Shown here one piece after another: positions 12,594-26,540 of a stretch of 64,000 bases of DNA. The stretch is taken from NCBI GenBank assembly GCA_964106645.2, contig OZ067047.1. The stretch is one strand, 5' to 3'. How positions within the stretch are numbered: position 1 is the first letter of the stretch; each line of letters starts with the position of its first letter. The notes under the pieces are model-generated. The model worked only from the letters and a program-made list of their open reading frames with translations. It was not told where the DNA came from and did not search any database. The position numbers were made by a program, and so were the translations under genes. This stretch comes from Podarcis pityusensis. Lineage: Eukaryota.

Positions 12594-15570
12594 TATTATG
12601 CTCATGAATTCTAAGTTAATCAGTTTATTAGACCCCAGTTCCTGACCACATGAACAATCTGTGCCAAATACTAACTGTAGGGCTTAATAGATATTTATAA
12701 ACCAGTTTTGCAAGAGCTCAGAGCACTTCCAATATGGTACCACACTAAAGATAGGACACTAATCTCTTTATCACTCAGGTCAGGCACCAAAGAAAGTATA
12801 GAGTATCAGCATAGCTCACTCTGAAAAGCTCACTGTCATTTTGGTGGCCTAGGTCTTTTAGATTCTAAATGCTACATATGGGTTTAATCTGTTTTATAGT
12901 ACAGTATTTTCTGTTCCTAGTATTTCACATTGTTTTATGTGGTCTTCAAGTTTATTCTTGTTATTGTTTTTACTTTTTCTGCCAAATTAGACACTCAAGA
13001 AAGGCTTCTAACCTGAGAAGTATAATATACAGAAACCAAAATCCTCAGCTTTGAAGATTTTATAACGAACCACACAAAACTAAAGGCCACTGTACTTTCT
13101 CTGCATGACTAGTGGAGTATCAACATGTTTTAGTCAAAGTGGGAGTTCCAGCGATTGACACACAACTCTCTCCCACAGATGCATCAAATGCCAAGTTTAA
13201 AGGAATAGGAAAAGATCAGCTTAGTCCACAATTCTTAAAAAGAGAAATAATCTTCGGTAAAATCCACTTTGTCCCTCTCATATTTCTATTTGTTTCACCA
13301 GAATTCTGTGTTGCTAGTTCACAAAGCTTACACACCCATAGACTCCTTGTTCTTCCGCTGTGTCTCTGCCCCTGATCTTTCTTTCCTCCAACTTGGGCAC
13401 CCTCAACAACACCTGTTGTCCTCTTCGGTGATTCTACCCATTGCAGCCCAAAAGTTTGTCTTATGCCTGGAGCTTCCTCCAAGCAAACCTGCTTGGTGCT
13501 ACTTTTTTCTTCCAAATCACAGCTCACAGCCTGCTCTTGTCTTCAAAACCTTTGCCGTAATTCTTTAGTCCTCATCCCCAGCAGAAATGAACCCCATATT
13601 TGCAATTGCTAGCATTCATCCTCAGCTATTCTTCCTCTTTGCTTTTTCTACACTGCATTGCTTTGTTACCCTTGCTTCTTCCTATCAACCTCTTAACTTT
13701 CTTTCTGCCCTAGGGTAAATTCAGAATGTGAGCTGCTTCGGAGGATGGACCACTCTTGCTTATGTTACTCTATAGAACACTATGTACACTCAGGACACAT
13801 ACCACTTAAATGCAGTGTGTTGCTCATACTCCTTATCTGCCTATTCCTGCCCACTTTTTAATCACTGACTGTGTTTCTGAATCAGTGCCAGGAGTGGAGG
13901 CTGAACACTGCCCTGTTGACATCATTAAGGACTGCTGCAACATGTTGCCTGCAGCCATCTCCTAGCAACTATTAAGAGTCTCTAAATATTGAAAACCACT
14001 TGGGAATAGCCAAAGCCAATCTACATATTGAAATGACAAGGTTATCCTTACCTTAGGATGTATAAAGTCCAGGAATTAATACTAGCTGAATTCTTAACCG
14101 CTGCTGTCACCCTGATCCTCTCTGAAACTGCTGTTTCAAAACTTTTAACACAAAGTTTGGAAGAACCTTATTCCATTATCATTCCACTATGCAAAAGCTC
14201 TGGCACCCTGAGAGTCAGATGGCAACCCTGCAATTCTAACAAGATCACAGCCAACTCAGCTTAGTTTAACAGCTTTAAGAAATTAATAGCAAAATATTAA
14301 TGTCTACAGTATTAACAGAATATCAAAGCATCTAGAATACCACATTGTCGCCACTGCATTTTAAATCATGACATGCATTCTTGAAATTATTTTGAGAAGG
14401 AGAAAAAAATAACCTGCACATGATGACCCTAAAAAGAACCCTAGAGTTTATGGTGTCCAAAATTAAATGCAAAACTGCCTTATGAGAAGCACTTGCTCAT
14501 GCAGGTGATCCACACAACTGGATGTGTGTTTTTAAAAATGTACTATTTTTCCAACACGTTTAGAATAGTGTGCTAGCATCATATTTGTAAAACACTCCAT
14601 GCATGGAGTTTGGGGTAAAAGTCTTTTAAATGCTTTGGTTACTTGAAGGCCTTTTGCATGCCAATTCCCATTTAAATACAACTACCTGGGTCAGGTGCAT
14701 ATGGTGTTACAGAAATAAAGTGCAGCAATTTAAAAAACTATTTGTACAGTACTTTCTAACTATTAAAAATCCCTGGATATTGAAAACCACTTAGGAGCAG
14801 ACACAGACAACCTCCACATCATTATGAAGGGAAGATTATATCCCAATTAAGGCTCCGTTAGTGTGTTAAAAACAATTCAAATGATTATGATTGCCGGGTT
14901 GGGCTGAGAAGACGAGGCAAAAAATCCGTTACCTCCCAGGGAACTATAGGTTTTTTTCTATTTATGCGCTTTCCCAGAAATCCTACAACGGTTTGCACGA
15001 GAGCGGCGGCTGCAAGACCATGCGGTTTCAGGAATAACGCATGAGCAATCAGACTTCTCTTTTCCCCGGTCGCATCATGGGAGATCATTTTTTCCGCCGG
15101 GAGAAGTTCTGGCTCACGAGGAAGTGAATCTACTGAGAAAGCCCGCTTTTCATGCTCAAAGGTCGCAGCAACGCTGCTCGAGCTAGCCCAACGGCTGGAA
15201 TCCACACGTGCAGTTCCACCGAAAGTCTGGCGCGGGGGTGCGAAGAGAAACCTTGGGGATCCAGCCCCCCACCCCAATGCTTCTGCTTGCCTGGACTCTG
15301 CTCCCTCTGCGATCATCCGGAAGTGGCACCCGGCACCCTCCAGATCCCGCTGGGACTTGGGGACGGAACCGGGAAAGCGCCACGAGGGGCTCCCCAGAAA
15401 CTTAGGACTTAGTTTGGCGTGGGGCGCGGGGACAGAGAGCGAGCCTGGGAAGAACACGTGGGGTTGCAGCGGAAGGCGCGGCCTGCTGCGGGTCAGGCCA
15501 GGGCAAAGGCGCTCTTGCTCGGGACGGGGAGGATTCCCGCCCGGCGAAAGGAGGGGGGGGGCTCGCTTAC

Positions 15571-15681
15571 TTGCAGACTCGGCTTGGCTTTGGCGGGGCA
15601 GCTCCTGAAGAAGGAGGTGCGGGCGGTGAAGAAGAACTCCTCCGACTCGGACTCTTCCCAGCTGCTGTAGCCGCTGCTCAT
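15571..15681 (-). CDS. RASSF3: RASSF3 canonical first coding exon
   Basis: MSSGYSSWEESESEEFFFTARTSFFRSCPAKAKPSLQ matches the RASSF3 N-terminus (SSGYSS / FFTARTSFFR); 111 bp, phase-0 gtaagc donor; lies downstream of TBK1 on the same strand. I did not find exon 2 in the window. Confidence 0.95.
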
Positions 15682-15685
15682 GCTG

Positions 15686-15757
15686 CTAGTTCCCGTGGCG
15701 CGCCCTCCGTGCAGCAGCAGCAGCAGGGGGGCCCGGGCGTCCCTGCCGCCACCGCAT
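15686..15757 (-). promoter_or_regulatory. Candidate upstream ORF (23 aa) in the RASSF3 5' leader
   Basis: ATG...TAG encoding MRWRQGRPGPPAAAAARRARHGN; stop lies 4 nt before the main ATG; requires a TSS upstream of 15757. Confidence 0.45.
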
Positions 15758-16348
15758 GGAGACCCACCCGGCCGGAGCTCGGCGGCGGACAAGTCCCGTG
15801 GTCGCTGCGCGCCGCAGCCTGGCCGGCGGCGCACTGAGGCCGGCTCTCCTCTCGGACGCGCTTCCGCGGAGGCAGCGCCGCCTCCCGCCCGGCCAGCCAG
15901 CCAGCCAGCTAGCCGGGCCTTCCTCCCTCCTCCTCCCTTCCCCCGAGTGGCCGCGACTGGGCAGCTTCCCTGAGCCGCCACCTGCCTTGAAGCTGGGCGG
16001 GAGCTTCTGGCTCGCCTCCCTTTCCCCTCAGGAACTTGGCTCGCTCGCGCGCGCGCGGGGACTGCGCCCTCTCGCTCCCGCCTTGCAACAGGTGAGCCGG
16101 GAAAGACGAGGCCGCGCTTCTTCCTGCGGAGATCAGTTAGTGCTCCTCCCCAAGCGCCGTTTGGCTCCTGGGCACCTCGCCGCCAAAGTTTCGGCCCAGG
16201 CCGGCTGCATGAGCTAATATCCGTCGGAGATAGCGAGCGTTGATAGGCGCGCATTCTTGCAAAAGCGCTTCAAGGGTTGGCAAACGGCCCTCATTGTCAA
16301 GGGCACCTCCTTAGTTCCAGAAGAGCTCATCTCTTTTAAGAAACAAAA

Positions 16349-16437
16349 TAAAAAAAATCCTTCCAGTTGCTCCTTAGAGACCAACTAAGTTTGTTATTGG
16401 TGTGAGCTTTCGTGTGCATGCATACTTCTTCAGATAC
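16349..16437 (-). mobile_element. Penelope-like element terminal fragment with hammerhead motif
   Basis: GTATCTGAAGAAGTATGCATGCACACGAAAGCTCACACC...TTAGTTGGTCTCTAAGG; near-identical to the copy at 26517-26967. Confidence 0.75.
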
Positions 16438-16814
16438 TCTTTTTTAAGAGAACACGACGGGTGTCACTTAAATCTGGTCCGACGCACCTCTGGTTTTCTG
16501 AATGGCACCAAGCCTTGACAAGTATCAAAAGCTCACAGAAGAATACTGGTGTCAGAGCCTCAAAGGACCACACAGGTGTCAGCAAAGCGGGTGACACCTT
16601 TACATTTTAAAAGGTGATATATCATGGAGCTGGAGCAATCAAGACTGCAATCTCAGGCTCATTTTGGAGTAAGCTCCATGCAGACTTCCAAGTAAACATG
16701 CAAAAAAAAAGAAAGACCAGGCTGCACACTAGGTGCAATTTTAGTACACAAACTGGGAGTAGATGGTGAAAGGCAGATTAGAAATCCCCAAAAAATCAAT
16801 TATAAGTACTCATA

Positions 16815-17088
16815 AAAAAGGTAAAGGGACCCCTGACCATTAGGTCCAGTCGTGGCCGACTCTGGGGTTGCGGCGCTCATCTCGCTTTACTGGCCGAGGG
16901 AGCTGGCATACAGCTTCCGGGTCATGTGGCCAGCGTGACTAAGCCGCTTCTGGCGGACCAGGCAGGAGCAGGGACCGAGCAACGGGAGCTCACCCTGTCG
17001 CGGCGATTCGAACTGCCGACCTGATCAGCAAGTCCTATGCTCTGTGGTTTAACCCACCACCTGCGGTTTAACCCACCACCTGCGTCCC
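16815..17088 (-). mobile_element. Sauria SINE, internally deleted
   Basis: Central part missing relative to the other copies; short tandem duplication in the head; TSD TATAAGTAC(T/C)CATA. Confidence 0.9.
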
Positions 17089-18384
17089 TATAAGTACCCA
17101 TATCCTAATGTAAAAGGCACTATAGTCAACAGAACTAAACAGTGGGGCAGAACAGGTTCAGTCTATGGTATGTGTGTGTGTGTGTGTGCGCGCAAGCAGT
17201 TTTTAAAACCAGGTTATCCCACAAAACGGACAGTTAGTAAAGTTGTGGACATGGGAGTGCCTTATGGGATGGCGGGAAGCAAATTTCTCTTCAGATAAAA
17301 GACAATACTTCTGTAGCTATTTGTTGCCAAGTGGCAGAATCATAATACTCTGATCGTAAGCATGGTTATGCTGAAGTGAATCTGACTCTTTATTGGGTCT
17401 TTTAGTCTAGGTTTCCTGCAGATGAGGAGTTTGCCACCTGTACATTCCCTGGCACATTTTGAACATGGTTAAAAACACAATGCTGAAATAATACAGCAAA
17501 GTAATATAATCTGAGTCTTAAAAAAAAAGACAGCACAAACATGGTAGGCATTTTAAAAATGTTCAGTTATTAATTCCACAAAACCAAAGCAAGTATAAAT
17601 ATGTTCTAAAGTTGAGTTGCAAATAAAGTTCCATAGTCAGTGTTTCCATAACTCTGAATATCTAATTGCATGTTGTCGGGATGAAAAGGAAGGAGAAAGA
17701 ACAAAAACAGTTGTTACATGAACACTGTACTGTCTGGTTTGTAACAACTAATACCATGCTAAGATGCCTGAAGTTATATTGATTTAGTGTCTGTATTTGC
17801 ATTTTTTTAAAGCTACTGGCAAAACACTTAACTGCATCAACAAAGGAATGAGCATATACGAATCAATGCTTTGTGTTAGCTTTCTGCCAAATTTCACAGT
17901 AAAGCAGAGAATATCATCCTCTGTGTCCTCCTAGTACAAGTTATGCATAAGTACTTTTCAGGTGGACAGCATAGCACTTTTTTCTATTCACCACTGAGTT
18001 CCAAAGCATGCTCTTTATAAATTATGAGCCAGGCATGCAAATGAAGGTTGGCCTGCTGGCTGTAAAATTTTAATTGGACTTTGAATTATAGTGTGTGAGA
18101 CAGACAATATGCTTCACAGGGGCCTTATGCTTTGCTTATGGACAACAACCAGAATTGCTACTTGTTATTCCTTGAGCCTCTTGCTCTATAAGACAATGGC
18201 AAAATCACATTACAAAAGAAGAAAAGTAGCTTTCTTACACCCAAAACTGATGGGTCCTTTAGTAAAGTATCAGGAATGTAAATAGCCGTTCATTTGTGCT
18301 ATGAATTCCTTTTGTGAGGATAGGCTCCTTTTTGTAAGGAGGTTTTTAGGAAATGCAAGTCATTTTATTTCAGACCTAGGTTAA

Positions 18385-19159
18385 CTACACAACCTTGATG
18401 GCAGAAAGTGAGGAGGAATTAAAGAACCTTTTATTGAGGGTGAAAGAGGAGAGCGCAAAATATGGTCTGAAGCTCAACATCAAAAAAACGAAGATCATGG
18501 CCACTGGTCCCAGCACCTCCTGGCAAATAGAAGGGGAAGAAATGGAGGCAGTGAGAGATTTTACTTTCTTGGGCTCCATGATCACTGCAGATTGTGACAG
18601 CAGCCAAATTAAGAGACGCCTGCTTCTTGGGAGGAAAGCAATGACCAACCTCGACAGCATCTTAAAAAGTAGAGACATCACCTTGCCAACAAAGGTCCGT
18701 ATAGTAAAAGCTATGGTTTTCCCAGTAGTGATGTATGGAAGTGAGAGCTGGACCATAAAGAAGGCTGATTGCCGAAGAATTGATGCTTTTGAATTATGGT
18801 GCTGGAGGAGACTCTTGAGAGTCCCATGGACTGCAAGAAGATCAAACCTATCCATTCTTAAGGAAACCAGCCCTGAGTGCTCACTGGAAGGACAGATCCT
18901 GAAGCTGAGGCTCCAATACTTTGGCCACCTCATGAGAAGAGAAGACTCCCTGGAAAAGACCCTGATGTTGGGAAAGATGGAGGGCACAAGGAGAAGGGGA
19001 CGACAGAGGACGAGATGGTTGGATAGTGTCTTCGAAGCTACAAACATGAGTCTGACCAAACTGCGGGAGGCAGTGGAAGATAGAAATGCCTGGTGTGCTC
19101 TGGTCCATGGGGTCACGAAGAGTCGGACACGACTAAACGACTAAACAACAACAACAACA
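18385..19159 (+). mobile_element. BovB (RTE clade) LINE, 5'-truncated
   Basis: Open 249-aa frame MAESEEELKNLL...RRIDAFELWCWRRLLRVPWTARRSN...GVTKSRTRLND typical of BovB; (CAA)n tail; TSD AGGTTAA. Confidence 0.95.
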
Positions 19160-21224
19160 AGGTTAATTTTCCACAACTGCAACTCAGGCATACAGTAAAG
19201 CAGCGTTTGAACTAACGGCTACTGCAAAGTTATTTGAAAGGGTAACATGTATTGAATTTTTGACTTCCTCTTGCCTATTTATTTCCAAAGCCTCAAGTTA
19301 AATCTGGGAACTTCCCTTTCTCCCTGTGCACTTACTGAATCATTCCTATCAATTTCTTTGATTTTGTCTTTTTAAATTTTGTCTAAGGTAGTAATCCTAA
19401 CCTGCCCCCCCCCCCCCAATGTTGTTGGCTGGGGAGAGGTAAGATGTAGCGCTGTCTCTCTGCCAATGATGAGAAGCAGACACCCAAACTACTCCCTTGC
19501 AGGTGGGAAACATCACTGCTGGGTCTCCTCTATTGTTTCAGTGGCTTGAGGGTTTGGACCTGTAGGATCCAAAACATGGCTCCTCAGACCCCTCAGCAAT
19601 GCCAAATATGGCTAAAAACTGCCTCTCCACTTTCCTTTCTGATCAAATTTCATATGTGTCGTGGTGACTCAGATGCTCCTGTCTTTCCTTGCCCCAGTTC
19701 TGCCCATCTACTTATAAGTGGACCTGATCAGAACCTTTAGAATCACATTTCATCTTTAGAATAAAGATTCCTGTATGTTTTTACAGATAGCCAATCAAAA
19801 GCCAGTTTTTTCCAATGCACAAAATTAATGAAATGTTGTATCAGAAGACAAATAACATGGCAAAAATGGGAATTTAAAACACACCCTTAGACATCTAGTA
19901 GTGCTCTGTATTTACGGGAGTCCTGATGAATCACTTTGAACTGTAAATGTTTCAAGACGTTTTAGTTAATACTGTGAATGTTTGAGGGAAGGAAGTAGAA
20001 GGATAATTATCCGTCTAGGAAAAATGACTAACCATAGCATCTGGTGTTTTAAGATACAAATCAGCTGGCTTGGCAAGAGTGCAAAATGAGCCAGTGACTT
20101 CCAAAGGTATATGGATTATGTGTGACAATTCTAACAGATAACTGTAAGCAATTATAACAATTTAAATTTGTATTTACTATCGTCAGCATGTAAGCACATT
20201 ATTTTCTACATCTAACATCTCCAGGAACCACATGAAACTGAATACCTTTCTCTTCCTCTCTCTCTTAAACATATACTGTTTAGCATGGACATCACAGGCT
20301 TTAACTTGCAGTAAAATATAAGTTTATTCAAGATAGAATAAACCTTGATGTTGGCAGGTTTCAAAGACCATGAAGGGTAGCAGAATATATGTAGCAGGAT
20401 CTATAACTTAATTGTCAGGTTGAAGAGTTGCAAAGCTGGTGAACAGGGTTGGCTTTGAAGTGTTCACTTTCAAACTGACAGCTATTGTTTAGGTAAATAA
20501 ATGGGAAACAATTTTGAGAGAAGGCAGCAAAGTGGATTCAATCTGACAAAACCAAACTTGCTTAATTTGAGGAACTGCAGTGAATGGAGAAATGGGTGGT
20601 TTCCTCCCATCCACACTGTGCATGAGGCTGTTCTTGAAGAAGACCCAGAACTCTCAACTGTTCCAAAATATGGCAGCCAGAATACTGGCTGGGTTTCCAT
20701 TTAGAACTCACAGAACCCACAGAACTCTGGTTTTATATCTGTAAGCTGAGAGTGTGTGATAGAAGGAATGGCTAAAGTGGTCAAACCAGTCTCTGTTAAG
20801 TTAATGGCCCAAGCCAAGCCTGTTAAGCATCTTTTTTACATGTGTAAAGGTGAAATAAAGGTGTGTTGTCATAAAAGCAACTACCTAGCAATTCTTCCAG
20901 GAGGAGGCAGAAGGTCTCTTCCCCTCCCCTCACCTGGCTGGAAGCCAAGCCACCCTGGAAACAGGGAAACAATAGGCCAAAGCTATGCTTTTGAGGATTC
21001 TCCTAAGAACCTAACAGGAAAGCAAAATCTGTTGGAGTGTTAATGCTGTAAGAAGTCTTTGTATATACGTGTAATTAAGACAATATTTCAAAAAGACACC
21101 ACAGTGCCCAGAGACCTTCACCCCAGAGAAACCAAACCTGACGTAAGCGTTGGACCAGCTGAAGTCTTTCGCCACTCAGAGAATGGAGTGTGTGTAGCAG
21201 TGGGTGGATTTCAACATTGTACTA

Positions 21225-21461
21225 CAGTGGTACCTTGGTTCTTGAATGCAATCCGTTCCAGAAGTCCGTTCAACTTCCAAAACGTTCAAAAACCAAGGCG
21301 CAGCTTCCAATTGGCTGCAGCAGCTTCCTGCACTCAAGTGGAAGCCACGTCGGATGTTTGGCTTTCGAAAAACGTTCAAAAACCAGAACACTTCCGGGTT
21401 TTCGGCGTTCAGGAGGCAATTTGTTGGTCAACTAAGCCGTTCGAGAACCAAGGTTCCACTG
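21225..21461. mobile_element. Tc1/mariner-type MITE (second family)
   Basis: TIR CAGTGG(T/A)ACCTTGGTTCT, TA TSD. Confidence 0.88.
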
Positions 21462-21710
21462 TATTATAAGCATGCTGTCTGCACAAGCATATCAGCTTCC
21501 AAGCTTCAATGACCCCCTTCCAGTCCTCTCCCTCCTGCACTGTTTTTGGGGTTCTCCTTAATCTCCCAGAGTTAATTTCATGAGTCACGGGGAAGCGCAG
21601 TGGGAGGAGAGGTAGAAAAGTCCTGATGCAGTTCGTTAGGTGAACCCTGCCCAGCACTTTTAAACTGTTGTGAGCTATCCTGGGACCTCAAAGTATACGG
21701 CAGGTAAGAA

Positions 21711-21757
<47 letters not shown>

Positions 21758-23768
21758 GGCAACCTTAGCACCCAAGAAGATGATTATTGCCCGCATCAGA
21801 GGATACAGTGATATCCTCTCTCCTGCACTACTGGGAAGCCTTGAGAGACACATTCTTTCTAAGCTTCAAGACTTCCTCTTGTTCCCAGTCAGTTCCCAGG
21901 CCTTGTGCTTCCCTCACTCAAATTGGATTTTGGCACTCCTATGTAACAGTTTCCGATTACTGTGTTGATCTTGTTTGCCACAACTCCTTTTTCCTGTCTT
22001 GCAGACGGAGATCTCTGGCAGCTTACAGCAAATCAACCTAGGTTATGCTTTACTTGGCCTCTCCCTCCTTGTTTTCTGGTTCCCATGGTTACTGAAGCCA
22101 TATTCCCAGTGTCCAGAGCTTACTGGGTATGCTCATTAGTGTTTGAAACCATTTGCTGGCATCACAGTGCTGGCAAGTCTGAGTTTTAGATTCCCCGCCT
22201 CCCTGAATGAGGATTTCTTATGGAAGTCTTTTAATTGTTTTGTTGCACTGTTTTGGTTTTATTTGTAAGTTTGATTGCAATGTATTCACTGCATATTTTA
22301 AATTCCTCTAAGCCACTCTGAGTACTTTATGGCAGAAGATTTGGGTAAGACAAACACGTTTTAAATATATATCAATAGTAAACTTCTGGGTGCAGACCTC
22401 TGTATTAAGTCCTAAATCATTTTCCATTACCCAAAGGAAGTGCATTTATTCCAATAACCATATCAATTAGTAGAAGATTGCAAAGAAAACAAAGCTGTTT
22501 ACTGTACTTTTTTTAGAATGCTGATTACTCAACCTTTGCATCCTTTTAGTCTCATATTTAAGGATTAAACTGCATTTCCTTGTGATTACTTATCAGTAGA
22601 TAGTCATTCTGACTCTTCAATTGGTTTCTATGCTACAAAGCTGGAAGAAGGATGTCCAAGACACAAGCAATTTTGTGACACTTGACAACATCCTCAGGCT
22701 CCTGTGTCAAATCCTGACACGCACTTGCTCTAAAATCCCTGATCCTAATTATTTGGATCATCCTCCATCCAACACAGAGGCATGCTTAAGCCAATTGATT
22801 TCAAGGTACTTAAGCATGCCTACCTCTGTGTTCAATTCTCCCACCTGCGACATTCACATTATTTGTAACATGAATCAGCAATATTATTTCTTAAAAATAT
22901 TTGTGATAGCCCTGCAAAGTCTAACGTATCTCTGACAAGGTTGTAACCAAAGTTTTCAGTTTTACAGATAATAGATAAGGTTACAATGATGTTTAAATTG
23001 AACTTCACATTACCGCATCTAACCATCAAACTGATGTAAAAACAATGTTTCTGTTTTTGAAATTGCAGTAATCTTTGCTTAATCCCTTCCTGAATCAGTG
23101 GATATCAGTAAATGCATATCTAGTATTACATGTTAGCAATGGAGTTTGAATTCAGCAGGAGTGTGCTGAACAAGGTCATCCGAGTCATAAAAACACATGA
23201 AAACAAACAGAAACAGGTTTGACAACTTCTCTCTATTAAACAGAGTCTACTTCCTTGTGTAAGATCTGTGAGGATACAAACACCTTTGAAATAACATCTC
23301 CCCCTGCCATTTATTTTGACTTTTATACCAGCCGTTCTATGATAAATCATACACAAGGTAGCTTAGATATATGTCACAACAAATTAAATCCATCCTAAAT
23401 ATAAAACAGTAGTAATATAAAAGAGCATCAGAAAAGCATATTAGCAACCCACAATCTTGAAACTATAATCATAGACACTGAATAAAAATGCCTGATAAAA
23501 TAAAGAATGAAGAGATGATAAACATTCCCTCAAAACTGAATGCAAATTTCAAAGAAATTCATATGCCAGAGGATGATGCTTCCTCAGAAACCGTGGCCCA
23601 GGCTTTGAAGGCCTAAGCCAAGAAACCTGAATTGAGCCTTGAAAAACATTGGTAGTTGGAACAAAATTGACTTACTCTAGGCTTGTTATAATGTAGCCAT
23701 TATACAGGCTGTGCATTGATATGCAATCTTCCTTTCCTACATATTTATGTTTAACTCTTCCCTTCACA

Positions 23769-24113
23769 GGTGGCGCTGTGGGTTAAACCACAGAGGTTAG
23801 GACTTGCCGATCAGAAGGTCAGCAGTTTGAATCCCTGTGACGGGGTGAGCTCCCGTTGCTCGGTCCCTGCTCCTGCCAACCTAGCAGTTCGAAAGCACGT
23901 CAAAATGCAAGTAGATAAATAGGTACCGCTCCGGCGGGAAGGTAAATGGCGTTTCCGTGCGCTGCTCTGGTTCACCAGAAGCGGCTTAGTCATGCTGGCC
24001 ACATGACCCGGAAGCCATACGCCGGCTCCCTCGGCCAATAAAGCAAGATGAGTGCCGCAACCCCAGAGTCGTCCACGACTGGACCTAATGGTCAAGGGTC
24101 CTTTTACCTTTAC
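23769..24113 (+). mobile_element. Sauria SINE
   Basis: TSD CTTCCCTTCACA. Confidence 0.93.
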
Positions 24114-26540
24114 CTTCCCTTCACACTGCCAAATTAGGAAAGTAGATTAGAGCAATGAATCTGAATAAATCAATCATATGGTTCAAGATGTTTCATACTG
24201 TGAGAATTCCTGTGAAATGCAAACATTTATGTAGCGAGATGAATGTAAAAATACATAATTATGTAACTTTGTTTGTTTGTTTGTTTGTTTGTTTGTTTGT
24301 TGCATGATTCAAAGTATCTCTAGGAGATTTACTTACACAGTTAAAACAGCCCTCAAGTTTCACAATAATTAATTTTGTTCGTAAAAAGATCATGGCTCTA
24401 ACTTAGAAATATACTGTACACATATGACGGTTAAAGGAAACCTGCTCACTGACTCAAGGTACACTCATAGATGGCTTAGCTCCTAGTCACAGCAGCTGGC
24501 TACCTCAGATAAGCAATGCCCTTCCTCTGTCAGGGGAATCTATCCTAGCAACTGCTGACTCGACCCTGTCTGTTGGTTTGTCCTTGCCTAGAGATAATTC
24601 TTTCAATCATCTACAAACTGGGACCACTTTTGACCTGAGAGACAATCATCAAGTCTTCCCATAGCCTCTGACATCTGTTAGATGAAAATAGATAACCTAA
24701 TTTTATATTCAGCAATCTCTTTGCGTTAAGACAGATAGCAACAGGCCTGAAAAAAGTCTTCCTCTGTGATTGGCACACACAGAAAAGAATGCATGCAGCA
24801 GGAACCTCCCTTCCTATAAAATACTGGTCTGTTCTGTTGGAACCAATCTGACTTAAACATGTCACACATATTTATGTTTAGCTACATACCCTCCAACAAT
24901 CCTCAGACGAAAATAGGGACATTCTATTCTACATTAGTATCACTGCTGCCTCCCCCCTCTTTAAAAAATAATTTTTATTAAAGATTTTCTTGGTTTACAA
25001 AAGTATGTGCATTGTCTCTTTTTTCAGGTTGTAAAGTCTTTTCTACAGATCAGTTACAATTCCTATGAGACGTTAGTGCTGAGCACAATATAAGGATAGG
25101 GAAGAGAAGAGAAGGGAGGGGTGCTGCCCCCCTTTTTAAATATATGGAATTCCTGATGCCCAAGAATACCTAGTGCTTTGCTCTTACTCACTGGGCCATG
25201 GTGAGGAGCTTTTGCATAAAATGGCAGGTCATACATATTTTAATAAATAATAAATTCAATAAAAATAGGCATGTTCGAATGTAAAATCTTTTACATCTTC
25301 CAAAAGAGCTTGTGTTGGCAGAGCACCTTGAGAATGTGCCAAGAGTTTTTCCTCAATTGTTAGTTCTATTCCATGGCAGGAAGAATGGGATTATTTAGTG
25401 GTAAAAAATGCATCCTTCCTTAGCTTCCTTCTTTCCATAGTACAAATCCATAAACCTCTCTATAATAAATTCTATTCTAGTGAACTTTATTTGGTAGTGG
25501 AGTGAACTTAAAGGGGACTTTCCATCTCCTGCCCCACTCACTAATGGCATGTAAAATAAAATAAAAAGACTTGCAGCAATAAAAACACAACTATAATACT
25601 TTGTGGTTTAAATATAGCACCCCAAACGTGGAATCTCAGCATGCCTGCAAGCACCAAGAGAATTCCAGCCTGTTATTGCACTGCAATTGCAATTTGATTC
25701 CCAGCATCTGTCTTGAAACAAGCGACTCGACGTGAAGAGGGAGCCATCAGAAAATCAGACCAGTAAGGTCTCTATGAAAGAGAGAAGCTCCATTCTTTTT
25801 CCTGTTCAAGCTTGCGTGAATGTCAAATAATGTCAGCAAGATTGACTATCACTGCCCCTGCCCAATTTATAATATTGGAATGTAAAATATGTAATTACAA
25901 AAGACTGAGATGTAATGTTTGAAAAAAATATCCACATCAATCCAATGGTGTGGCCATCATCACAGATACCTAAATTGGACCCTCCCCACCCAACTTTCAC
26001 CTCAGAGGCAACTGAAGGACCATCTTTTTCCAAAGAGAGTGGAGAAGAAGCGGTAACAGAGTTTTTTAAATAAACAAATTATGTTTTTCATTCTGTGGTA
26101 ACTTTAAAAAATATATATATGTTTATTGTTCTAATAATCTTAAGTAAACAACTTTTAAAATCCACCAGAAAGTGGTATATAAATATTGTGAATAAGTCAA
26201 TAAACTGATCAGATAATGAATATGTCAACTGTTGGCTGGTTGGAACACATGGCTCAGATTCCTACTTTACTCCCATAAAAGGATGAGGGGCAGAGAACAA
26301 AAAGGCTGAAAAGATAGCCATCAAATGGAAAATCAATACAAGCAAAGAGCATCTTCAAAAGAGAAAGCTTCAAGAGCCAAGTGCGGAAAAAGAATCAGAT
26401 TGTAATCCTCCTTTCAAGTGCTTATTTTCAGCAGGGATGTATGTGTCTGTGTGAGAACCTCAGCAGGCAAAACGAAATACTCTGAAGGTGTTTCTCAGCT
26501 CACATTTGTCAACATTAAAAATTTGTCCAGTAGCACCTTA

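Larger units (their letters stand above)
14890..16330. promoter_or_regulatory. CpG island / promoter of canonical RASSF3
   Basis: Sharp rise in GC and CpG density around exon 1 in otherwise CpG-depleted sequence; edges approximate. Confidence 0.9.

Noticed and set aside
15493-16254. 253-aa ORF extending RASSF3 exon 1 upstream
   Set aside because: Only the 37 codons at 15681-15571 resemble RASSF3; the rest is low-complexity Arg/Gly/Ala/Pro expected from a stop-poor CpG island. An N-terminal extension is not excluded but has no support.
18385-19116. 243-aa minus-strand ORF
   Set aside because: Antisense shadow of the BovB coding frame.
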